Shown here: in pieces, positions 8,751-18,253 of the stretch
How the letters are laid out: every line of letters starts with the position of its first letter
How positions within the stretch are numbered: position 1 is the stretch's first letter
NCBI GenBank assembly: GCA_964371255.1
Contig: CAYJKV010000002.1
Coordinates: 130,553 to 194,552 of the forward strand
Direction of reading: 5' to 3'
DNA: 64,000 bases
DNA from: an uncultured Candidatus Saccharibacteria bacterium
Lineage (GTDB): Bacteria; Patescibacteriota; Andersenbacteria; UBA10190
Translations under genes and position numbers: made by a program
Notes under the pieces: generated by a model
Told to the model about the DNA's origin: nothing
The model's database searches: none
The model's input: the letters and a program-made list of their open reading frames with translations, nothing else

Positions 8751-10690
8751 CACTCCAAAAACTCAACATCATTATTCTTTTGCTTTGGACGGTGTCCGGT
8801 AGCCTGGCGCAGCTTTTCTCCTGGCCATGGCTCGATCTACTTTTTACTTTGCTAACTATGATTGTCATGTTCATCATGGCCGGCATCAGCCTTTATTATG
8901 TTCTTTTCTATAAACACCAACTCGTCGTGCACGACCCGCCCTTGTTAGCCAGTGTTGGCCTGATTGTTAGTATCTTCATCGTTCCCCTGCTGCTATTTCT
9001 GGCTGATATTTTTCTGCCCCTGCACCACACACGCCTTCTTGCCTTAGTTTATATTACCCTGCTCTTACTGCCCTTGGGACGAAGTCCGTTACCTTTCTTA
9101 CTGCCAGATTGCAATTGGCGCCAGCTTCGTATTCAACACCTCTTTCATCCAATTATTTTAGCCTGCGGCCTCATTCTGTTCGTGCAACTTTTCTTATTAA
9201 ATCAATATATATTTCTGCCTGGGCTTGATGCTTATACCTGGCTAATGACCTATGACACCAATCTCAGTCACCAGCTCTATGATCTCTCCGCCGGTATTAA
9301 CCGGACCTTGTTTTCAACCCTAGTCGCCATTATTAGTCGGTTAGCTCACGCGTCCTTGTTCCCCATTTTCAAATACTACTTGCCGCTTCTATCTTTATTG
9401 CCAATCATCCCTCTCTGGCTGGTAGCCCGCACTCTTCCTGGCCGCCTCTCGCAATTCTTATTCTTGTCTTCCTTGCTGGCCGCGCCGGCCATTATCCTTG
9501 ATTGGCACGCGACTCGCCACCAATTAATTCTGCTGCTTTTTCTTTATCTTGCCATTGGTCTGTTATTCACTGCCCGTCGCTATCAGCTGCTTTCACTGTT
9601 TTGGCTTACTTTCATCGCCTGCTTTATCGGCATTCTTTATCACCCCTTATTCCTGGTTTTGATTGTCTTTTGGCTGTCGTCAGCCTTGATGCTGCACCGC
9701 TCTTTCATTAATCAGCATCCGTTATTTTCCGTTTTTCTAGCCGCTATATTCTTTTTTGCCGCTCACTTGCTCAAGCTAACATCCTTAATTACGAACTTAA
9801 CTCTTCGCTTAAACGACGTCTTCACCAATCTATTGTTTGGTCGCTGGAATTTAGCCTACCCGTCCGCCTTTATTAGTGAAGGCGTGCCGATGGGTTGGCC
9901 AGGATTTTTGGGTGTGTCAAAATATTACGGTTATTACGCTGGTCCGTTGCCTCTATTTTTAATTATAACGACCATCCTCCTCTGCCTTTTCTCTCCATCA
10001 TTTCGCCATCGTTTTTCCGCAGCCATGCGCTCTCCCTTCTTGCTTCCCCTGACTTTGCTATCCACCCTTCTTATCTTGCTGGCTGAATTTTTACCCCGCT
10101 TTACCGGCATCGCCTACCTGCCGGACCGCGCCTGGTTATTGCTCAGTGTTACCACTCTCGTTTTTATACCCTTTATATTTAATCACCTGCCCTCCCGTCC
10201 ATTCTCTTTCGTTATCATCGCTGGTTATTCCCTTGCTGTTATCAGTTCTACGGCGGGCGCTCTGTATATCAATCACAGTATGTCCTATACGATGCCAGAC
10301 TATGAATTCGCAGCCGCTGCCTGGATAAAAGCCAACTTACCGGCCCAGTCGGTTGTTTTTACCAGCTCCTCCAAAAATATTTTACGTTATTATGCCGGCG
10401 TGAAGCTGCTTCCCATCAATCAGCAGCTTATGTCTGGCAATAATGCGGCGGATATTTTAGCCCACATCACCACCTATCGTGATAAATTTGATCCGAGCAA
10501 ATTATATATCTATTACGCTATCACTGATCCGCGCAATCCATTCATTGATCGTCCGTATGCCAGCAGCTTTACCCAAAAACGCGATCTGACGTCTTTCCCG
10601 GCGCTGGATACTAACCACGATCAATTTGCATTAATTTATTCAAAGCCTAACCTTGTATATCTCTGGCAAGTTAATATTCTTAACCCATGA
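8735..10690 (+). CDS. Polytopic membrane protein (651 aa); first of a tandem paralog pair. GT-C-like; family unknown.
   Basis: More than 12 TM segments. Conserved motifs shared with the next gene: LFGRWNLAYPSAFISEGVPMGWPGFLGV, YSMPDYEFAAAAW and a C-terminal FPALD...W.V tail. Confidence 0.55.
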   Translation: MPPAMTLQKLNIIILLLWTVSGSLAQLFSWPWLDLLFTLLTMIVMFIMAGISLYYVLFYKHQLVVHDPPLLASVGLIVSIFIVPLLLFLADIFLPLHHTRLLALVYITLLLLPLGRSPLPFLLPDCNWRQLRIQHLFHPIILACGLILFVQLFLLNQYIFLPGLDAYTWLMTYDTNLSHQLYDLSAGINRTLFSTLVAIISRLAHASLFPIFKYYLPLLSLLPIIPLWLVARTLPGRLSQFLFLSSLLAAPAIILDWHATRHQLILLLFLYLAIGLLFTARRYQLLSLFWLTFIACFIGILYHPLFLVLIVFWLSSALMLHRSFINQHPLFSVFLAAIFFFAAHLLKLTSLITNLTLRLNDVFTNLLFGRWNLAYPSAFISEGVPMGWPGFLGVSKYYGYYAGPLPLFLIITTILLCLFSPSFRHRFSAAMRSPFLLPLTLLSTLLILLAEFLPRFTGIAYLPDRAWLLLSVTTLVFIPFIFNHLPSRPFSFVIIAGYSLAVISSTAGALYINHSMSYTMPDYEFAAAAWIKANLPAQSVVFTSSSKNILRYYAGVKLLPINQQLMSGNNAADILAHITTYRDKFDPSKLYIYYAITDPRNPFIDRPYASSFTQKRDLTSFPALDTNHDQFALIYSKPNLVYLWQVNILNP

Positions 10691-12927
10691 ACCGGCGACA
10701 AATCATCTTATTTAGCGCTTTTTCGGCTCTGTTGGCCGTCTCCCTCCAGTTCTTATCGCATTATCCCCTTCCCTTCTACCTTAAGCCGTTTCATGTTCTT
10801 CTGACAGTTTTCCTCATTATTTTTGTTCCCGGTATCAACCTAACGTACCTCATCGAAAAATTAACACGCCGGCACTATGATCTGCCGGCCTTTGTATCAC
10901 TGGCGATTCTATCATCACTCACCATCCCGCCTTTTTTGTTAGTGACCTTTTATCAGTATACCGATTATATTGATAGTGCCCTGGTTTTATTCACCTATAC
11001 CCTATTTCTGCTTTTGCCTTATATGTATTGGGCCGTAATTTTTGTGCTACGGCGCTGGTTATCACCGCCCATCGAAAGTCTCTTGGTCTTTCCGCGCCTC
11101 CGGCTGTCTGCCCTATTGTTTCACCCATTCACCCTTGTCTTTCTGCTTTTGCTCGGTGCTTTAGTTTACAACTTAACCCGTTTTTCCTTTCTGCCTGTAC
11201 CGGATAGTTACTCTTGGCTCATTAACTTCTCCCAAAGCTTTTCGATCAACACCTTACCGCTGTCGTCTGACTTTACTCGTCGCTCATTTTCCGCCTTACT
11301 ATCCGCCTTTTTCTATCTGCTGCACTTGGATCCCTTTTTTACTTTTAAGTATTTCTTTCCGTTACTGACCCTATTGATCATGCCCCCCTTATGGTTAGCC
11401 GGCCGTTATCTGTCAACGCGTTTATGGCAGTTTGCTTTTCTTTTCACCGCCGTTTTTATCTCACCCACCATCATTCTAGAAGTTACTTATATCCGTCAGC
11501 AGGTCGTTTTCCTGATTTTTCTTTATTTTATAATCAGTTTAAGTATCTACGCCATTCAAGTAAAAGATAAAACGATCTACTATTTATTGTTTATTTTTAC
11601 CTTATTTGGCACCATTATCCATCCCGCTTTTCTCATCATTCTCTTAACTAGCATCATCGCCTGGTTTATCACGCATTTAAGGACTGTTCGCCGCTTTCAA
11701 TTCACCACCTTGCTTCTATTGATCTTACTTTTTCCGCTGGCAAAAAAAGCGGCGCTCATCAACATGTTTGTCAGGATCTATGAACAAGCCCGTGCCTCAT
11801 TCATTAACGCCCTGACCGGCCGCTGGAACTTGCAATTTCCATCTTTCTATATCAATAGCGATGGCTATGAGATGAGCTGGCCAGGCGTGGTTGGTGTACT
11901 GAAATATTATGCTTACTATGTTGGCCCAGCCGCGATGCTAATTCTCGGACTGTTCGTTTTTTGGTTATTCACCAATCAGAAATTCCGCCGTCGCCTTACC
12001 TCGCGGCTGCACAACACTGTCTTTGTTGCCATTATCCTGCCCTTTATTCTTTTCTTTTTTATTGCGGAAATTGCTCCACGTTTCGGCAATATTGCTTTTT
12101 TGCCTGAACGCGCTTGGCAATATTTGAGCATCTTGGCCATCTTTGTTTTATTCTTTCTGATTAAGGATGGGCCAGTTTCCCGCTGGTCCAACAAACGCTC
12201 ACAGCTTATCTTTGGCCTATTGATATTATCATCCATCACCGCCTTCAGCGGCGCCGCGTACATCAACTCTCTGAATAAATATTCGATGCCTGACTATGAT
12301 TTCCGGGCCGCCGATTGGATGGTGAAAAATCTTAGCGAATCCAGCATGATTTTTTCCAGTTCTTCCAAAAATATTATTCGTTATCACGCCAATATGAACT
12401 TTATCGGCTTGAATGAGAATATGTACGCGGAGCCTGACCCCCTTGTCATATTAAATCATCTATCAAGCCAGCTGCCGCTGACGGCCGATCTATCCTCAAA
12501 TCTGATCCGCGTCTCCGCTTATTTATCAGATATAAGAGATACAGCCGTCTCCGCCAAAGGCTCTGTAGACGAAACAATCACCAAGCGGCACGTCTCGACT
12601 GATACCTATCAAGCCATTGATGCGTATGTCGCTTCCCTGCAAACTGCTTTAGCCAAGATTACCGAACACAATGAATCCGCTCGAGATTTCCACCAGTCAA
12701 ACGCGATAATTTCTGAAAAAATACCGCCGTTGTATATCTTCTATTCCACCACCCACCCTAAAAACCTTATGGCTGACCGTCCTTATCAATCGTCTTTTAC
12801 TGCCGATCAAAACGTCACGGCATTTCCCGCGCTGGATCATACTCCAGACTATTTTAGCCGTGTGTACACCGACGATCATAATGTGATAATTTGGCAAGTA
12901 AAGGTTCAGAGTTTTCTTCCCTCATGA
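10687..12927 (+). CDS. Polytopic membrane protein (746 aa); second of the tandem paralog pair. GT-C-like; family unknown.
   Basis: LTGRWNLQFPSFYINSDGYEMSWPGVVGV, YSMPDYDFRAADW and a C-terminal FPALDHTPDYF...IIWQV tail. 4-nt overlap with the upstream paralog. Confidence 0.55.
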   Translation: MNRRQIILFSAFSALLAVSLQFLSHYPLPFYLKPFHVLLTVFLIIFVPGINLTYLIEKLTRRHYDLPAFVSLAILSSLTIPPFLLVTFYQYTDYIDSALVLFTYTLFLLLPYMYWAVIFVLRRWLSPPIESLLVFPRLRLSALLFHPFTLVFLLLLGALVYNLTRFSFLPVPDSYSWLINFSQSFSINTLPLSSDFTRRSFSALLSAFFYLLHLDPFFTFKYFFPLLTLLIMPPLWLAGRYLSTRLWQFAFLFTAVFISPTIILEVTYIRQQVVFLIFLYFIISLSIYAIQVKDKTIYYLLFIFTLFGTIIHPAFLIILLTSIIAWFITHLRTVRRFQFTTLLLLILLFPLAKKAALINMFVRIYEQARASFINALTGRWNLQFPSFYINSDGYEMSWPGVVGVLKYYAYYVGPAAMLILGLFVFWLFTNQKFRRRLTSRLHNTVFVAIILPFILFFFIAEIAPRFGNIAFLPERAWQYLSILAIFVLFFLIKDGPVSRWSNKRSQLIFGLLILSSITAFSGAAYINSLNKYSMPDYDFRAADWMVKNLSESSMIFSSSSKNIIRYHANMNFIGLNENMYAEPDPLVILNHLSSQLPLTADLSSNLIRVSAYLSDIRDTAVSAKGSVDETITKRHVSTDTYQAIDAYVASLQTALAKITEHNESARDFHQSNAIISEKIPPLYIFYSTTHPKNLMADRPYQSSFTADQNVTAFPALDHTPDYFSRVYTDDHNVIIWQVKVQSFLPS

Positions 12928-13859
12928 TCTATCTCGTTTCCCCCCGTAGCGGCGGCCCATTTAAACAGCTCCAACTGATTGCTGCTACCCTCAACGCCAA
13001 CGGCTATCCGGCCCAACATTGTTTCGGTCTAAAAGACTGGCTGCTTTTACACTTCAATAAACAAGACAAGATTATCTCTGTTGTGCCTTTCTTATTCGTC
13101 CGTAACCGCCACAATTTAATCCTTAATATCCGGGGAAATTATCGCAAAGAGAAGAGGCTGACTAACCCGCTCTCCTATTTGTACGATCGTAATCTCAAGC
13201 TCGCCGCCAAGACAGTTGTCCCCTCGCTATATCTGAAAAATGAATTGATGCTGCCCGAAGCCACGGTCATTCCCACCTCAACCGATATTCATCTCCAGCC
13301 AATTAATCCGCCCGCCCACCCAACCGATCGCACCGTCCGTTTAGCCACGATCACGAACTTTGACTTTCGTCCCAAAGCCCAGGGTATCAATAAACTCATT
13401 AACATTGTTAACCAGCTGGAAACGTCTGTTAAAATGTCAATTCATATCTATGGTGGTGGCCGCTGGCTAGATCACGCTAAGCAACAATTTGATTTGCACA
13501 ACTATAAAAAATACCCCGTCTTTTTCCATGGCTATTTTCAAAACGCCATCGACGTCTTGCCGGGCAATGACATTTTTATTTACTGGTCTACTTTCGATAA
13601 CATGCCTAATGTGTTAATTGAAGCGACCGCTTGTGGTTTGCCAATTGTTGTTAATCGCTATGCCGCTTACGAAGAAGTCGTGGGCTCCCACAATCTGCTG
13701 GCTGACTCGGAAAAACAATTTACGGACCATCTGCTTAGTTTGGTAGAAAACCCGCCATTACGTCAGAAATATGGCCACATCAATAACTCCCGCTCTGTTT
13801 TATTCGATATTTCAACCAATATTAAACAATGGATCGATGTCATCAATGCCCCATCGTAA
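12924..13859 (+). CDS. Glycosyltransferase, GT-B/GT4-like (short, about 311 aa)
   Basis: C-terminal VLIEATACGLPIVVNRYAAYEEVVGSHNLLADSE. ATGA overlap with the upstream gene at 12924-12927. The track's start at 12891 is probably not used. Confidence 0.6.
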   Translation: MIYLVSPRSGGPFKQLQLIAATLNANGYPAQHCFGLKDWLLLHFNKQDKIISVVPFLFVRNRHNLILNIRGNYRKEKRLTNPLSYLYDRNLKLAAKTVVPSLYLKNELMLPEATVIPTSTDIHLQPINPPAHPTDRTVRLATITNFDFRPKAQGINKLINIVNQLETSVKMSIHIYGGGRWLDHAKQQFDLHNYKKYPVFFHGYFQNAIDVLPGNDIFIYWSTFDNMPNVLIEATACGLPIVVNRYAAYEEVVGSHNLLADSEKQFTDHLLSLVENPPLRQKYGHINNSRSVLFDISTNIKQWIDVINAPS

Positions 13860-15804
13860 AATTCCGTTTGGACTCTCTTGCCCTGACCAGTCATGCCCCG
13901 CTTCGCCCTCACCTCATTTATCCCCTGTCTCAGCTGAGCCTCCCGCTGTTGATGTTTTGTTGTCTGTCTATAATGGCTTCAACACCATCGACGAAGCACT
14001 GAACAGTATCCACCAGCAAACTTGGCAGAATTTTTCTGTCGTCCTGGTCAATGATGGTTCCACCGACCGTACCGCGCAACGTTTACGGACCTGGCAAAAC
14101 ATTTTCGGTCACCACCGCTGCCAGATCATTACCAACCAACGCAATCTTGGCCTTACCCGGTCCTTGAACGTCGGTCTGCGATTTTGCACCGCGCCTTATG
14201 TGGCCCGACTCGATGCTGACGATATCTGGCATCCGGATAAATTGATTCAGCAGATGAAATTTTTGCGTCGTCATCCTGATTATGGTTTGGTTGGTTGCTG
14301 GTATATGAACACCAGCCATCTGTCTGCTCGCGTTTTTCGTCTGCCTGTCACCAACGCTGCTATCAAGCGCAATATCTGGCGTCTTAATCCTTTTGGCCAC
14401 AGCTGTGTCGTCGTGCACCGGCAACTATTAACCCAGATAGGTGGTTACAATCCTAACATTGTCTATAGCCAGGATCGTGACCTTTGGTTTCGTTTGTATC
14501 CGCTCACGTCTTTTTACAACGTCCCCGCTGTCCTTTGTCAGCGCCAAACTAACACCGGGCTGTCGCAAACCAGCTATCGTCGGCAAATGTGGTCAAGCCT
14601 AACCATTAGGTTTAAATATTTACGTCTCTATCGCGCGTCGTTAATTAATTACCTTTCGCTCCTCTTGCCTCTTCTAATATTTCTGCAGCCCAGGTGGGTC
14701 AAGAATCTCAAGCTGGCCGGGCATATTAATCGCTCACTTGGCATCTCGCCCCAGCTCCATCCTGTGCCGATCAAGTTTAATCTGGCGGTCATCAACGATC
14801 GCCCCCTCCTGCCTCATCGTGGTGAAACCATCGCTCGGCGTGCGATGGCTCAAGCCTTAGCTGCCCACCCGTCTCTAGAGCGTGTATCCGTCATTAATAC
14901 CACTCCGTTTTTCTCGGCCTTCATCAAACTTCCTCGTCATGTACCTGTCCTATATCTGCGCTGCGGCGCCCTGGCTGCGGCCCTCATCGCCCTGCGCAAC
15001 TTATCCTCATATCGAGTCATCATTCTTGAGGTACATAATTTTCTGCTGCCTCACTTATTGGCTCCGTCGTTTTGGCTGTATCGTTTTGCTGCCAGGCGCG
15101 TTGATTTATTTATTACGATTGATCCCCAATCAACCGCGTCGTGGCTTAAGCTCGGCGCGTCTAAGACGGATATCATTGAATTGCCCAGTGGCGTTCCTCC
15201 TTTGTTGCGTCTGGGCGCCAATGAAAAAAATCGTATCCGGACCAAGTATGGCCTGCCTCTCAATCACGCATTAGCTCTATATAGCGGCAATCTTTATCGG
15301 GATCGCAGCATTGAGTTAATCATGCAGGCTGCCTTCGCCCTGCGCGATCAGCCCATTCACTTTGCTTTAGCCGGCGGTGCCTCTCAGGATATCCTGTATT
15401 ACCGTCGTTACTTGTCGTCTCGTTGGCCATCTTTGTCTAATCTGTCGTTATTGGGCCTGCTCCCTTATAATCAAGTGTTGCCCCTTTTGTCCTCGGCCGA
15501 TCTCATTCTCGTGACGTATTCCAGGTCGTGCCCTACTATCAATACCATGAGTCCTCTTAAGTTATTCGAAGCTCAATCTTCCGGCACCCCTATTCTCGCC
15601 GCTGATTTGCCTCGTTTACGCGCCTTGTCAGGCTCTTATCCTACAACTTTTTATAATCCGGACGATTCATCTGACCTCACCCGCCAAATATCGAACATTC
15701 TCCGCTCGACTTCACCGCCCCTTACCTCCAGCTGGTCCACCCCTCGCTCGCCGCTGACCTGGTCCGAGCGGGCAGATCTGATCCTAAAACAAATCCTGCC
15801 ATGA
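13846..15804 (+). CDS. Bifunctional GT2 (N-terminal) plus GT4-like (C-terminal) glycosyltransferase fusion
   Basis: N-terminal VDVLLSVYNGFNTIDEALNSIHQQTWQNFSVVLVNDGSTDRT...RLDADD (GT2 DxD). C-terminal LAGGASQD...LFEAQSSGTPILAADLPRLRALSG (GT-B). Start uncertain: 13771 (track), 13837 or 13846. Confidence 0.65.
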   Translation: MPHRKIPFGLSCPDQSCPASPSPHLSPVSAEPPAVDVLLSVYNGFNTIDEALNSIHQQTWQNFSVVLVNDGSTDRTAQRLRTWQNIFGHHRCQIITNQRNLGLTRSLNVGLRFCTAPYVARLDADDIWHPDKLIQQMKFLRRHPDYGLVGCWYMNTSHLSARVFRLPVTNAAIKRNIWRLNPFGHSCVVVHRQLLTQIGGYNPNIVYSQDRDLWFRLYPLTSFYNVPAVLCQRQTNTGLSQTSYRRQMWSSLTIRFKYLRLYRASLINYLSLLLPLLIFLQPRWVKNLKLAGHINRSLGISPQLHPVPIKFNLAVINDRPLLPHRGETIARRAMAQALAAHPSLERVSVINTTPFFSAFIKLPRHVPVLYLRCGALAAALIALRNLSSYRVIILEVHNFLLPHLLAPSFWLYRFAARRVDLFITIDPQSTASWLKLGASKTDIIELPSGVPPLLRLGANEKNRIRTKYGLPLNHALALYSGNLYRDRSIELIMQAAFALRDQPIHFALAGGASQDILYYRRYLSSRWPSLSNLSLLGLLPYNQVLPLLSSADLILVTYSRSCPTINTMSPLKLFEAQSSGTPILAADLPRLRALSGSYPTTFYNPDDSSDLTRQISNILRSTSPPLTSSWSTPRSPLTWSERADLILKQILP

Positions 15805-16901
15805 AGAAAAAAATTTTTCATCTCATAACCGGTTTGGAAGTAGGCGGCGCTGAGAATATGCTGTTAAAAATTCTGCCTCGCACTGCCGATACCTGCGACC
15901 ACCACGTTTGCTCCATTATCGGCGTCGGGCCGATTGGTGACAAATTAGTGGCTGCCGGTATTCCTGTTTACTACTTAGATTTAAGTAATACACTTGATCT
16001 CTCGATCATTCCCAAACTAAAGAAAATAATTGTGGACCTTCAGCCGGATGTGCTCATTACCTACTTGCCCCATGCCGACTTGCTGGGCCGTATTATTGGT
16101 AAGTTAACGCATGTGCCAACCATCGTTTGTTCTGTGCGTGTACGCTTAACGCGTTCAAAGTATTTGCCATATTTCATTCTCGATGGATTAACTTCCGCGC
16201 TTGTTAACCAATATCATTTTAACTCTCGCACTATCGCCGATCTCCATCAGCGTTTTTTACGCGTGCCAAGCCACAAGATAACTATTATTCCTAACACGAT
16301 TGATGTCGATATTTATGACATAACCATTGATGTTGTATCCAAAAAAAAGGAATTAAGTCTCCCGACCGACAAAATTATCATTGGCTGCGTCGCGCGATTA
16401 CGCAAACAAAAAGGCCATAACGATTTAATTGCTGCCTTTGCCCGTGTTCATAGCCTGCGTCCTTCGACCATACTTGTCCTAGTCGGTGATGGTGAAGAAA
16501 AACCAGCCATCACACAAACGATTAAACAATATCAGCTTGAACCCCATGTCATCATGCTGGGCAACCGCCATGACGTCCCGGAAATTCTTAAGACCTTCGA
16601 TATCTTTGCCTTTACTACCCTTTATGAGGGCATGAGCAACAGCCTAATGGAAGCCATGTCTGCTCGTTTGCCAATTTTAACGACGGATATCCCCGAGAAC
16701 CGCGAATTGATCACCCACCAAAAAACCGGCTTGCTAGTTCCCGCCCATCACACATCATCGGTCGCCGATGCTCTGGTTCGACTGATTGATGATCAATCTT
16801 TACGTAAGCAACTGGCGGCCAAGGCCTTCCAGGAAATAACAGCTAAGTTCAGCATCAATGCCATCGTGCCTAGATATCGCGATTTTTATCTTCACCTATG
16901 A
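15801..16901 (+). CDS. Glycosyltransferase family 4 (GT-B)
   Basis: FTTLYEGMSNSLMEAMSARLPILTTDIPENRELITHQKTGLLVP. Contains an A8 tract at 16341-16348. Confidence 0.75.
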   Translation: MKKKIFHLITGLEVGGAENMLLKILPRTADTCDHHVCSIIGVGPIGDKLVAAGIPVYYLDLSNTLDLSIIPKLKKIIVDLQPDVLITYLPHADLLGRIIGKLTHVPTIVCSVRVRLTRSKYLPYFILDGLTSALVNQYHFNSRTIADLHQRFLRVPSHKITIIPNTIDVDIYDITIDVVSKKKELSLPTDKIIIGCVARLRKQKGHNDLIAAFARVHSLRPSTILVLVGDGEEKPAITQTIKQYQLEPHVIMLGNRHDVPEILKTFDIFAFTTLYEGMSNSLMEAMSARLPILTTDIPENRELITHQKTGLLVPAHHTSSVADALVRLIDDQSLRKQLAAKAFQEITAKFSINAIVPRYRDFYLHL

Positions 16902-18253
16902 CTGCCACAGTAATTCTGCCTCACCCAAAGATTAATGCCGCCTTACTGGCGATCTTAATAATATTTATTATTAGCCGACTTACTTTATTCTTTCTGGAAT
17001 ATAATGATTTCCTGTATCGTCTGCCCCGGCAGGACGACGCGCCATCCTATCTCGGTTTGGCATCAATTTATGCCGGCGATCAAACATATGAGTCTCTCGA
17101 CCTCAGCCCATTTACCCGCGTGCCGATATATCCTCTGCTCCTCGCCCTTTTAACGCCGCTGTCCACGCCATTCTCTTATGCGCTACTTTTTGTCTGCCAG
17201 CAAGCTCTGCAATTGGCGATTATTTTGATCGTTTATGCTTATCTCTACCGTTATTTTTCTCGCCGTTGGGCTTTCTCTGCCGCCTTGATCCTGCTTTTCT
17301 TCTACGATTTTACAATTTATGGTTTTCTTGTCCGACCGGAAGTCCTGTTTACATTTTTCCTTCTCCTGGCTTGCTTATTGTATCTGGCCGCTATTTCCTC
17401 CAACCGTCTCCTTTGGTTTACCTTGGCAGCCTTGTTGGTATCTTTATCTACTCTTACTCGTCCCGTCGCCGCTCTGTTTATTTTCCCCCTGCTCCTTCTG
17501 ACCATCTATCACGGTTACCGCGTCCATGACTCCTGGCGGCCAGTTTTGGCTCGTCTGTTATTCATGATCCTTGCTTATACTCTGCCCCTCCTACCCTGGT
17601 TCTATCACAATTATCAGCTATCAGGCCTGCTCATCCTGCAACAAGACACCGGAAACCTTATCCACACTACCGTACCGGGCGGTCATTGGGGTACGGTCGA
17701 CATTCACCAAATTGTGAATACCGATGTTATGAGCGAATGGGAAGCTGATCGTGTGCTGACCAAAGAAGCGCTGACCAGAATTAAAACCAATCCGACCATC
17801 TGGCTCAAGAATTCTTTCTCTAATTTTTTCTTCCGCCTCTGGTCTATGGGCTTTGCCGACACTTATCTTCGCTATCTCGACCACACAGCTATTAATCCAG
17901 GCGGATACCACACACCTGTCAGCCCCTCTATTTGGCAACGCTTAGCTTCTTCCTGGCAGCTCTTCAACCCGGCGTTTAATATCTCTCCCATCTACCACCT
18001 GTACTTTATATTGAATAATTTCCTCGGCCTAGCTGTCACTTTCTCACCCGTTCTATCACTGATTCTCTTTCCTTTTCTGCCTTACCCCAGCAAAATTGTT
18101 TTTATTTTTTTACTATATTTCTGGGTAATCACCGCCTGCTTTGCCTTTAGTGGTTCCCGTTATATGGTTCCGCTTCTGCCGCTTCTTTGGCTAACCTTAC
18201 CGGCTTGGCCCGCTGCCTTCAAAAGATTAGTTAATTCAGACAGCAAAAGATGA
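16898..18253 (+). CDS. GT-C-fold membrane glycosyltransferase, PMT_2/ArnT-like
   Basis: Eleven or more TM segments. First-loop motif RQDDAPSYLGLASIY...RVPIYPLLL resembles the Asp/Glu motif of PMT/ArnT enzymes. Paralogous to 23399..24832. Confidence 0.55.
   Translation: MTATVILPHPKINAALLAILIIFIISRLTLFFLEYNDFLYRLPRQDDAPSYLGLASIYAGDQTYESLDLSPFTRVPIYPLLLALLTPLSTPFSYALLFVCQQALQLAIILIVYAYLYRYFSRRWAFSAALILLFFYDFTIYGFLVRPEVLFTFFLLLACLLYLAAISSNRLLWFTLAALLVSLSTLTRPVAALFIFPLLLLTIYHGYRVHDSWRPVLARLLFMILAYTLPLLPWFYHNYQLSGLLILQQDTGNLIHTTVPGGHWGTVDIHQIVNTDVMSEWEADRVLTKEALTRIKTNPTIWLKNSFSNFFFRLWSMGFADTYLRYLDHTAINPGGYHTPVSPSIWQRLASSWQLFNPAFNISPIYHLYFILNNFLGLAVTFSPVLSLILFPFLPYPSKIVFIFLLYFWVITACFAFSGSRYMVPLLPLLWLTLPAWPAAFKRLVNSDSKR

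Noticed and set aside
11976-12266. 96-aa highly basic minus-strand ORF
   Set aside because: It is nested antisense within the well-supported 746-aa membrane protein gene. Its lysine and arginine richness is explained by reverse-complementing Phe/Leu codons.
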